From NCBI GenBank assembly GCA_965204745.1, contig OZ242010.1, positions 1,440,001-1,504,000 on the forward strand: DNA of 64,000 bases, written 5' to 3'. The stretch comes from Candidatus Latescibacterota bacterium. Lineage in GTDB: Bacteria > Latescibacterota > UBA2968. Of this stretch, positions 18,657 through 30,600 are shown in pieces (the stretch's first letter is position 1; every line of letters begins with the position of its first letter). Both the position numbers and the translations under genes were made by a program. The notes beneath the pieces were generated by a model. That model saw only the letters and a list, made by a program, of their open reading frames with translations, ran no database searches and was not told where the DNA came from.

Positions 18657-21600
18657 GTTTCAATCCGCTCCCCTCACTGATGTAAGGGGAGATTCGGCCC
18701 GCAAGGCGACCAAGGGCGACACGGACTAGTTTCAAGGGGAGATATGGCGTGCATGGAACATGATTGGGATACAGGGTATGTTTCAATCCGCTCCCCTCAC
18801 GGATGTAAGGGGAGATTTCCACCGACGATAGATTACAAATCGGCTTCCAAGTTTCAATCCGCTCCCCTCACGGATGTAAGGGGAGATTCCGCCTCCACAG
18901 CCGAAAGCCGCGATTGCGCGCTGTTTCAATCCGCTCCCCTCACGGATGTAAGGGGAGAATCTATCTCGCAGGAGGTGTTTGAGCGCATGTCCAGTTTCAA
19001 TCCGCTCCCCTCACGGATGTAAGGGGAGAGCGCGATCTCGATACCTACCGCCGCGCGGCACAACAGTTTCAATCCGCTCCCCTCACGGATGTAAGGGGAG
19101 ATTCGCTATCCTTGCGTCAATCTCCTCGTCCGTGCGTGTTTCAATCCGCTCCCCTCACTGATGTAAGGGGAGATTCTCAGTTTGAGATTGTGCCACAAAT
19201 CAATAAGGAGTTTCAATCCGCTCCCCTCACGGATGTAAGGGGAGATGATAGGTGCGCGTATCATGCCTACGTCAAATTTCGGGTTTCAATCCGCTCCCCT
19301 CACGGATGTAAGGGGAGATTGCTACAATGCTACAATGCCGTGTTACACAACATGGTTTCAATCCGCTCCCCTCACGGATGTAAGGGGAGATTTGACGGGT
19401 TGACCACCCACAGCGCGGCGAGAGCGGTTTCAATCCGCTCCCCTCACGGATGTAAGGGGAGATCTTTTCGCAACGCTTTGCGTGCCTCGTGCAACTCGTT
19501 TCAATCCGCTCCCCTCACGGATGTAAGGGGAGATGCCATGCGTATGCACGAAAGCACCAAATCATCGAGGTTTCAATCCGCTCCCCTCACGGATGTAAGG
19601 GGAGATCGAGCGGATTTGAACCGCTATCTGTGCCGTGCAAGGTTTCAATCCGCTCCCCTCACGGATGTAAGGGGAGATATCTATGGCCAGGATTGGATCA
19701 ATTTCATGATGGAAGTTTCAATCCGCTCCCCTCACGGATGTAAGGGGAGATTCACCAGCAGCCTTGAGACACAACGCAAACAACCGTTTCAATCCGCTCC
19801 CCTCACGGATGTAAGGGGAGATGCGGAATAAAGCCAGTGGTAGCCCGAAAACTGATCATCGGTTTCAATCCGCTCCCCTCACGGATGTAAGGGGAGATGA
19901 GGCCGAAATGCTGTCGCCAGCAACAACAGGTAGTTTCAATCCGCTCCCCTCACGGATGTAAGGGGAGATAACAGGGTTGCAGGTCGAGCGCGAGACCATA
20001 CATAGTTTCAATCCGCTCCCCTCACGGATGTAAGGGGAGATGAGGCCGAAATGCTGTCGCCAGCAACAACAGGAAGTTTCAATCCGCTCCCCTCACGGAT
20101 GTAAGGGGAGATATCATCGCCAGTAGCGAGAATACAGAGCGCGAACAGTTTCAATCCGCTCCCCTCACGGATGTAAGGGGAGATCACAGCTAACAGACAT
20201 AGGGCCAAAGTCCTCGCGAATGTTTCAATCCGCTCCCCTCACGGATGTAAGGGGAGATGCCTCCGCGATCACCTTCCGAGGTGTACGTCAATGTTTCAAT
20301 CCGCTCCCCTCACGGATGTAAGGGGAGATTTTATGGTCAGGATTGGATCAATTTTATGATGGAAGTTTCAATCCGCTCCCCTCACGGATGTAAGGGGAGA
20401 TTGGCTTTGGATACCCAACGCTTTTCTCAGCAGCAATGTTTCAATCCGCTCCCCTCACGGATGTAAGGGGAGATATCGCTCTCAGAGCAGTTAAAACGGT
20501 GCCCAAATAGTTTCAATCCGCTCCCCTCACGGATGTAAGGGGAGATAGATCGACGTTGAAAGACTGGACTATAGCTCCGGAGTTTCAATCCGCTCCCCTC
20601 ACGGATGTAAGGGGAGATGCTGTTCCCGCCGCTGGCGGTTTTCTGGCTGGCCTTGTTTCAATCCGCTCCCCTCACGGATGTAAGGGGAGATGTCAAAAGA
20701 CTCAACGAATGCACCATTGTCATCCGGGTTTCAATCCGCTCCCCTCACGGATGTAAGGGGAGATTTGATCCATGCAACGCAACAATCTTGATCCGACTGC
20801 CGTTTCAATCCGCTCCCCTCACGGATGTAAGGGGAGATTTAACTTGTGTTGAATGTTGCGGTAGCAGTATTTGTTTCAATCCGCTCCCCTCACGGATGTA
20901 AGGGGAGATTCATCCAGAGCGCGATAGACATACACCCCGACCTCTGTTTCAATCCGCTCCCCTCACGGATGTAAGGGGAGATGGGGCTGTTGCCAGCGGA
21001 CGACGGCGGCGGCTGTGTTTCAATCCGCTCCCCTCACGGATGTAAGGGGAGATGTGTTGTCCTCGGCCTTCTCCGAGGATGAGGCCAGGTTTCAATCCGC
21101 TCCCCTCACGGATGTAAGGGGAGATAACAATGATCAACAAGAAAGGAGCGGTTATTTGATGTTTCAATCCGCTCCCCTCACGGATGTAAGGGGAGATACA
21201 GATAAAACAGGCTCCCTGCTTCCTGAAAGGCTGTTTCAATCCGCTCCCCTCACGGATGTAAGGGGAGATGAGGATGACCTGCGAGAGATTCAGCGCATTA
21301 ATGAGGTTTCAATCCGCTCCCCTCACGGATGTAAGGGGAGATTTATGTGCAATATTGACGCCTTCCGCGTCATTCCAGTTTCAATCCGCTCCCCTCACGG
21401 ATGTAAGGGGAGATTCATTACGCGCTGAATTCCAAGTCCTACACCGTCGGTTTCAATCCGCTCCCCTCACGGATGTAAGGGGAGATCCAAACAGCCGCAT
21501 GAGGACGTCATCATAGTAGCGGTTTCAATCCGCTCCCCTCACGGATGTAAGGGGAGATACAAAGATAGAGATCATCGCCGCAATCATCTCCGCGGTTTCA

Positions 21601-24600
21601 ATCCGCTCCCCTCACGGATGTAAGGGGAGATTTGAGCGTGTTTGCTATGCTGTGTCCTCTGCCGCTGTTTCAATCCGCTCCCCTCACGGATGTAAGGGGA
21701 GATCCTGCCGATGCGTATGGTCGCGCTGGGTACGTATGTTTCAATCCGCTCCCCTCACGGATGTAAGGGGAGATTCGTATTTACAATGACATGGCTGCAA
21801 AGGTTAAAATGTTTCAATCCGCTCCCCTCACGGATGTAAGGGGAGATCTTTAAGTCCTATACGCAAGGAGGTGATTTCCCATGTTTCAATCCGCTCCCCT
21901 CACGGATGTAAGGGGAGATATGCACGATGATTCTTTCCAGCGTCTTATGGAAGGTTTCAATCCGCTCCCCTCACGGATGTAAGGGGAGATGCTATTGTCT
22001 TACTGAGCAGAAGAAACTTAGAACGTTTCAATCCGCTCCCCTCACGGATGTAAGGGGAGATCTGAGTATCCGCAACAAAGCCCTGCTCCTCTCCTATGTT
22101 TCAATCCGCTCCCCTCACGGATGTAAGGGGAGATCCGCCCCGATTTGTTGGTTGTCCAAATCGGAACGGGTTTCAATCCGCTCCCCTCACGGATGTAAGG
22201 GGAGATGCGGCTGGCTGTGCTATCATACGCAGAACAGCCGCGTTTCAATCCGCTCCCCTCACGGATGTAAGGGGAGATTCCTCGCGCGACAGGGTTCGCC
22301 CCTCGGCGGCCTGTTTCAATCCGCTCCCCTCACGGATGTAAGGGGAGATCTCCTCGCGCGACAGGGTTCGCCCCTCGGCGGCCTGTTTCAATCCGCTCCC
22401 CTCACGGATGTAAGGGGAGATAGAGTGTGATAAAAAGTTAATGGGCGTGGCGCAAGTTTCAATCCGCTCCCCTCACGGATGTAAGGGGAGATACAGTAGA
22501 TAACGGAGCAAACAGAAACTCATTCGCGTTTCAATCCGCTCCCCTCACGGATGTAAGGGGAGATCGCCTCTGTCGAAGAAGCGGTGGAGAAGTGGAAACG
22601 TTTCAATCCGCTCCCCTCACGGATGTAAGGGGAGATAATAATGCGATCCGATATAATCTGCGTAATGGCGATGTTTCAATCCGCTCCCCTCACGGATGTA
22701 AGGGGAGATTGCCAAACGCGCTTGGCAGTGACCGCAGAATGGTTGTTTCAATCCGCTCCCCTCACGGATGTAAGGGGAGATATGGCGCCATCGCCGAATC
22801 CGCCCTCGTCCGTCTGGTTTCAATCCGCTCCCCTCACGGATGTAAGGGGAGATCCCCCGCTGTCGGTGAAGTCGTCCCACTTTTTACTTGTTTCAATCCG
22901 CTCCCCTCACGGATGTAAGGGGAGATACTTCAATTTCAACGACTTGCGGATGTTTGGACAGGTTTCAATCCGCTCCCCTCACGGATGTAAGGGGAGATAC
23001 CCCAACCAAACATCTTTCTTGGAATAGAGACAATGTTTCAATCCGCTCCCCTCACGGATGTAAGGGGAGATTATTCGGCAAACTTGTCATCGCCAAACTT
23101 CGCGTGGTTTCAATCCGCTCCCCTCACGGATGTAAGGGGAGATGTCTGTGCCATATCTTTCCTCTCCTGTGTTAAACGTTTCAATCCGCTCCCCTCACGG
23201 ATGTAAGGGGAGATCGTGGGCGTTCTTCTGTATCCTCGCGATAGGCAAGTTTCAATCCGCTCCCCTCACGGATGTAAGGGGAGATTGCACTTCTGCGATG
23301 AGCATGGCCTGCAATACCTGTGTTTCAATCCGCTCCCCTCACGGATGTAAGGGGAGATGTCGTGCTCCCGTAAGAGCTGTCCATCTGCGCCAAGTGTTTC
23401 AATCCGCTCCCCTCACGGATGTAAGGGGAGATTTCGCATGCAGTCTCGTCAGCATGAGCATGAGCAGTTTCAATCCGCTCCCCTCACGGATGTAAGGGGA
23501 GATCCAAGCACAAACCTCGTCGTCCGCGCAAGAAACGTGTTTCAATCCGCTCCCCTCACGGATGTAAGGGGAGATGACAAAATCATCCGACGTCAAGTTG
23601 ATTCCCACACCAGTTTCAATCCGCTCCCCTCACGGATGTAAGGGGAGATTGACTCGATATCGCATGGTAATAGTTTGTATTCACAGTTTCAATCCGCTCC
23701 CCTCACGGATGTAAGGGGAGATGTTGTCAGATCGTCCGTGTCCCAAACAGGAGCGATGTTTCAATCCGCTCCCCTCACGGATGTAAGGGGAGATATATAG
23801 ACGATCTGCCGTTCACTACATTACGGCGGTGTTTCAATCCGCTCCCCTCACGGATGTAAGGGGAGATGATTGATCTATCCGCGCCGTGGCCGTCGCGGCC
23901 ACGTTTCAATCCGCTCCCCTCACGGATGTAAGGGGAGATCGGATTGCCAACGCTCCCGTCAAGATCGGTTTGTCAGTTTCAATCCGCTCCCCTCACGGAT
24001 GTAAGGGGAGATCAAAATCATCCGACGTCAAGTTGATTCCCACACCAGTTTCAATCCGCTCCCCTCACGGATGTAAGGGGAGATACAGACCGCCGCAATG
24101 CACCAGGCTCTACTCTCTGTTTCAATCCGCTCCCCTCACGGATGTAAGGGGAGATGTAATTTCTCATTTTGAGCGCGCAATCGCTTATTGTTTCAATCCG
24201 CTCCCCTCACGGATGTAAGGGGAGATCTCACACACGCGAGGCTTTTCTGCCAAAGGGGTTGCGTTTCAATCCGCTCCCCTCACGGATGTAAGGGGAGATC
24301 CCTCAAGCCACTCCGCGGAGCTCCTCATCTCGTTGTTTCAATCCGCTCCCCTCACGGATGTAAGGGGAGATGAACATCGGTGACTATTGACGGGCTGGCA
24401 GCGGAGTTTCAATCCGCTCCCCTCACGGATGTAAGGGGAGATCGGTGACTGACCCCAATGATGTGATATTCATCGCAGGTTTCAATCCGCTCCCCTCACG
24501 GATGTAAGGGGAGATTTTATACGCCTGCCTCCATTCCCGCGGATACCGACGGTTTCAATCCGCTCCCCTCACGGATGTAAGGGGAGATTTGTGAATACGA

Positions 24601-27600
24601 GTGCGACATGTCCAACACCCTTGTTGGTTTCAATCCGCTCCCCTCACGGATGTAAGGGGAGATTTGCCGCGGATGGCCTTTCTCGTGGAGAGTTCGAGTT
24701 TCAATCCGCTCCCCTCACGGATGTAAGGGGAGATGTATTCGCAAGTGTGCCGACGTTTCTCGCTCGATGTTTCAATCCGCTCCCCTCACGGATGTAAGGG
24801 GAGATTGCTCGGCGCGCTTCTTAAGGATGGTACGCACGCCGGTTTCAATCCGCTCCCCTCACGGATGTAAGGGGAGATCACGCGCGTAAAAGCGCTGTGC
24901 TTCGATTGATTCACGTTTCAATCCGCTCCCCTCACGGATGTAAGGGGAGATGCGTCACGCAGGGCACTATATCTCGTCCCTGGCGTGTTTCAATCCGCTC
25001 CCCTCACGGATGTAAGGGGAGATCGCGCACCTTGCCAATGTGCTGGTTGCCGAATCGTGTTTCAATCCGCTCCCCTCACGGATGTAAGGGGAGATTCGGC
25101 GGGATTGATGCGACAGATAGATATTTGGCCTGTGTTTCAATCCGCTCCCCTCACGGATGTAAGGGGAGATACCTTGAGCGTGAGCGCGTGGTCAGTTGAT
25201 ATTGGTTTCAATCCGCTCCCCTCACGGATGTAAGGGGAGATTCAACCTGGGCGAAGATGGCGACATCGCAGACAATGTTTCAATCCGCTCCCCTCACGGA
25301 TGTAAGGGGAGATTCAATCAGTCTGGCCGCTACTCCATGCGGTGGGGCGTTTCAATCCGCTCCCCTCACGGATGTAAGGGGAGATTTGACCGTGCGTGGG
25401 GCGATTTCGTCTCAACGTGATGTTTCAATCCGCTCCCCTCACGGATGTAAGGGGAGATCAGGGGGCGTATCCAGCAGATTGTAAGAGACTTTGATGTTTC
25501 AATCCGCTCCCCTCACGGATGTAAGGGGAGATTGCGATTGCCACGCTCAATCTTGCTCTTTCGCAAGTTTCAATCCGCTCCCCTCACGGATGTAAGGGGA
25601 GATCATTTTTGTCTTCTTCTTCAAAGCGGTAATACTTGTTTCAATCCGCTCCCCTCACGGATGTAAGGGGAGATCGCCGACCATTGAATTATGGCGGTTG
25701 CCCTCTACGTTTCAATCCGCTCCCCTCACGGATGTAAGGGGAGATTGTCTGCGCCTACTGGCCTTATCACCGCTTTGCAGTTTCAATCCGCTCCCCTCAC
25801 GGATGTAAGGGGAGATAGTAACACTAAAAATTGTGTATTGTTGCCATTCTTGTTTCAATCCGCTCCCCTCACGGATGTAAGGGGAGATAACAGTTGCAGA
25901 GGGTTCAAAGAGATAGAGTGTTGTTTCAATCCGCTCCCCTCACGGATGTAAGGGGAGATAAATATGACCAAAATATAACCTATTTGGGTTGGGTTGTTTC
26001 AATCCGCTCCCCTCACGGATGTAAGGGGAGATTGGCAACCAGTTGGGCAGCCGCGAAAGAACATTTTGTTTCAATCCGCTCCCCTCACGGATGTAAGGGG
26101 AGATAAATCTGACCAAAATATAACATATTCGGGTAAGGTTGTTTCAATCCGCTCCCCTCACGGATGTAAGGGGAGATATCCCTTCAAATACGCTCTCTGA
26201 CTACTGGCTCTATGTTTCAATCCGCTCCCCTCACGGATGTAAGGGGAGATTACGATGCCGATCTCGCCTGTTACAACTTCGGTGCTGTTTCAATCCGCTC
26301 CCCTCACGGATGTAAGGGGAGATAAGACGATCCATAATATTGCGGTAAGACATATTTTGTTTCAATCCGCTCCCCTCACGGATGTAAGGGGAGATTCTGG
26401 GATCTCGCGCCTTGCGCAATCAATTGATGCGAGTTTCAATCCGCTCCCCTCACGGATGTAAGGGGAGATCAAGAAAAGAGAGGGACGCGGGCATATCCAT
26501 CCAGTGTTTCAATCCGCTCCCCTCACGGATGTAAGGGGAGATTTCCTGTCGCTCATAGCGAAAGACCGGCGCGGGTGTGTTTCAATCCGCTCCCCTCACG
26601 GATGTAAGGGGAGATTTGGGGCCGCTTCCGAGAAGGACGCGGAAGGACGCGGTTTCAATCCGCTCCCCTCACGGATGTAAGGGGAGATGGCATGGCGGAC
26701 CGGCAGAGCGAGGATATGAAGTTGTTTCAATCCGCTCCCCTCACGGATGTAAGGGGAGATGTGCGTGCGAGCGGAAAACTCACACAAATGGGGACCGTTT
26801 CAATCCGCTCCCCTCACGGATGTAAGGGGAGATAGAAAAAAAAGGGGGGGGGGATGGATGAGGCAAGGTTTCAATCCGCTCCCCTCACGGATGTAAGGGG
26901 AGATAGCGCGAGATCGACGCCTTTGTCGAAGAGCAGATCCGTTTCAATCCGCTCCCCTCACGGATGTAAGGGGAGATACCGACCTCGCGCTTCAATGGAG
27001 CACACAGGGCAGTTTCAATCCGCTCCCCTCACGGATGTAAGGGGAGATCAACCGCGGGTTGCGAAACTTGCGCTCGCCCATGTTGTTTCAATCCGCTCCC
27101 CTCACGGATGTAAGGGGAGATACGCGCACAGCGCGCCGGACTTGCTCCTCGACAAAGTTTCAATCCGCTCCCCTCACGGATGTAAGGGGAGATCGAATTT
27201 TTCGCACACCCTCGGCAACACCAGCAGGATCGTTTCAATCCGCTCCCCTCACGGATGTAAGGGGAGATCGGCCGAGGCGTTTGTCGATGCGCTGATCGCA
27301 CATCATGTTTCAATCCGCTCCCCTCACGGATGTAAGGGGAGATGTGATCTCGCTTTGTGCTGCGAGCTTCGCCAGTTCAGTTTCAATCCGCTCCCCTCAC
27401 GGATGTAAGGGGAGATCGGGCGCACAGGGCATGCTCACCCAGCCAATATCATGTTTCAATCCGCTCCCCTCACGGATGTAAGGGGAGATTGCCAGAACCG
27501 CAGTTTCCGGTTTGTCGTTATTTATGGTTTCAATCCGCTCCCCTCACGGATGTAAGGGGAGATCGTCACTGCAAGTCGGCGACTTCAGAAAGGTCGGTGT

Positions 27601-30600
27601 TTCAATCCGCTCCCCTCACGGATGTAAGGGGAGATTAGAAATTCGCAACCACTTCTTTTTGCGTTACGGATGTTTCAATCCGCTCCCCTCACGGATGTAA
27701 GGGGAGATTTCGTGGGCGGCGTGTTCATCTCTCCAAACACCACGGTTTCAATCCGCTCCCCTCACGGATGTAAGGGGAGATCCACCGCGCGCTCGACAGG
27801 AGCGCGATGCGGCGGCGTTTCAATCCGCTCCCCTCACGGATGTAAGGGGAGATAAAATTCCACAGAATTTGCCGAGCCGCGCTTGTTGTTTCAATCCGCT
27901 CCCCTCACGGATGTAAGGGGAGATTGCGTCCGCACACAGCGTGCGGACGGCGGCCTGTTCGTTTCAATCCGCTCCCCTCACGGATGTAAGGGGAGATTTT
28001 TTCCCTGCTTGTCCACCCACTCAAGCGTCTCGAGGTTTCAATCCGCTCCCCTCACGGATGTAAGGGGAGATATTTCTTTCTCACACGACGAAAAACTTGC
28101 GATCCCGTTTCAATCCGCTCCCCTCACGGATGTAAGGGGAGATGGGATGGTTGGGCGGTGTGCCGCCTGCGGTCGAGGGGATGTTTCAATCCGCTCCCCT
28201 CACGGATGTAAGGGGAGATCCTGGTGCGAAAAATCGGGCGCACGACCGAGTATATGTTTCAATCCGCTCCCCTCACGGATGTAAGGGGAGATTCAGATCA
28301 GCGACCACATCGGAGAGGATTGTGTTGTTTCAATCCGCTCCCCTCACGGATGTAAGGGGAGATCCCAAACATGAAAATCAAGGAAATGCTGAACACAGAG
28401 TTTCAATCCGCTCCCCTCACGGATGTAAGGGGAGATTCGACGCCTGTCGCGTAGTGATAGCGCGCGATTCCGCGTTTCAATCCGCTCCCCTCACGGATGT
28501 AAGGGGAGATTTTTGTTATGGTGTCAAAAGCTTCGGTGAGTGTATCGTTTCAATCCGCTCCCCTCACGGATGTAAGGGGAGATCTGTGCCCAGCGCGGAT
28601 CGACTTGCGAAAAATAAGTTTCAATCCGCTCCCCTCACGGATGTAAGGGGAGATTTCTGTGGTCACGCTTCCCATCGCGTACGCGGCTAAAAAGTTTCAA
28701 TCCGCTCCCCTCACGGATGTAAGGGGAGATCCGCAATACCCCCGACGTTCTGATCGCATTGAGCAGTTTCAATCCGCTCCCCTCACGGATGTAAGGGGAG
28801 ATAAAAAGCCTTGATCTCCCTCGGCTTCGAAAAGCGCGTTTCAATCCGCTCCCCTCACGGATGTAAGGGGAGATCGAACGGGTTGAGCACACGAATAAAC
28901 CTCGGAATTTGTTTCAATCCGCTCCCCTCACGGATGTAAGGGGAGATTCTCAAAGAGTGCGAGCCCATCTCCTCGCGCACAATTTGTTTCAATCCGCTCC
29001 CCTCACGGATGTAAGGGGAGATGGGCGAGCCAACGGTTGTAGGTGGAAGGGTGGAGGGTTTCAATCCGCTCCCCTCACGGATGTAAGGGGAGATGAAAGA
29101 GGATGTCATCGCCCATGTGCCCCACCCCGAGGTTTCAATCCGCTCCCCTCACGGATGTAAGGGGAGATATACGCCTTGGTGCTGATCGAAACCTTTTTTT
29201 TCCAGGTTTCAATCCGCTCCCCTCACGGATGTAAGGGGAGATTTTTCCGCAGCGCACTCGCGCACTTGGTGCCCGCAGTTTCAATCCGCTCCCCTCACGG
29301 ATGTAAGGGGAGATTTGGTACCGAGCGTGGCGGTAATCGAAAAGTCCAAGTTTCAATCCGCTCCCCTCACGGATGTAAGGGGAGATCGCGCCTGTTGGGC
29401 CGCGGCATAGTCCAAGGGTGTGTTTCAATCCGCTCCCCTCACGGATGTAAGGGGAGATTTGAGCATTGCTAAAACTCTCTTTGCTTGCATCAGTTTTGTT
29501 TCAATCCGCTCCCCTCACGGATGTAAGGGGAGATCACGCCTAACCAGTCTAAATTGTTACCCCACAGGAACTGTTTCAATCCGCTCCCCTCACGGATGTA
29601 AGGGGAGATACAGAAACCCAAAAATAGGCAACCCACAACCCTTTAGGTTTCAATCCGCTCCCCTCACGGATGTAAGGGGAGATGACAGGCATAACCAAGG
29701 TATGGCTAACCTTGCTATGTTTCAATCCGCTCCCCTCACGGATGTAAGGGGAGATAACCCGTTTGGATAACTTCCCAAATGCACCAGACCGAGTTTCAAT
29801 CCGCTCCCCTCACGGATGTAAGGGGAGATAATTTCAGTATCCAAGTCCTGCTTGACGCCTTCCCGGTTTCAATCCGCTCCCCTCACGGATGTAAGGGGAG
29901 ATTCAAATCCCTCTTGGACTTGCAAGCCCCAAGAATTGTTTCAATCCGCTCCCCTCACGGATGTAAGGGGAGATATGGTCAGCGTTATCAATTTTGATTT
30001 CAACGCTTTCCATGTTTCAATCCGCTCCCCTCACGGATGTAAGGGGAGATCTGCGATTCTGGCACCGTGCATACAGCTAGATTTCCTGTTTCAATCCGCT
30101 CCCCTCACGGATGTAAGGGGAGATTCGACCATGTCATCCCGCAGTCGCGGGGTGGGGACGTTTCAATCCGCTCCCCTCACGGATGTAAGGGGAGATAGCA
30201 GACGGGGTGATTTCCGGCCACTTTAATGATCGGTTTCAATCCGCTCCCCTCACGGATGTAAGGGGAGATGGTTTGACCTTCGAGTTTTTTGAACTCTTCG
30301 CGCAGTTTCAATCCGCTCCCCTCACGGATGTAAGGGGAGATACGAAGACGAAAATGGTTGGGTCGACGACAACGACGTTTCAATCCGCTCCCCTCACGGA
30401 TGTAAGGGGAGATGCCCGGGCGACCATCACAGCGCGAAGTGTGACATGTTTCAATCCGCTCCCCTCACGGATGTAAGGGGAGATTCACGGTTTCCAACTT
30501 GGCTCGCTGACCAACATAGGTTTCAATCCGCTCCCCTCACGGATGTAAGGGGAGATTTGGGCGCGTGAACTCAACGCTTGCAAAAAAATTGTGTTTCAAT

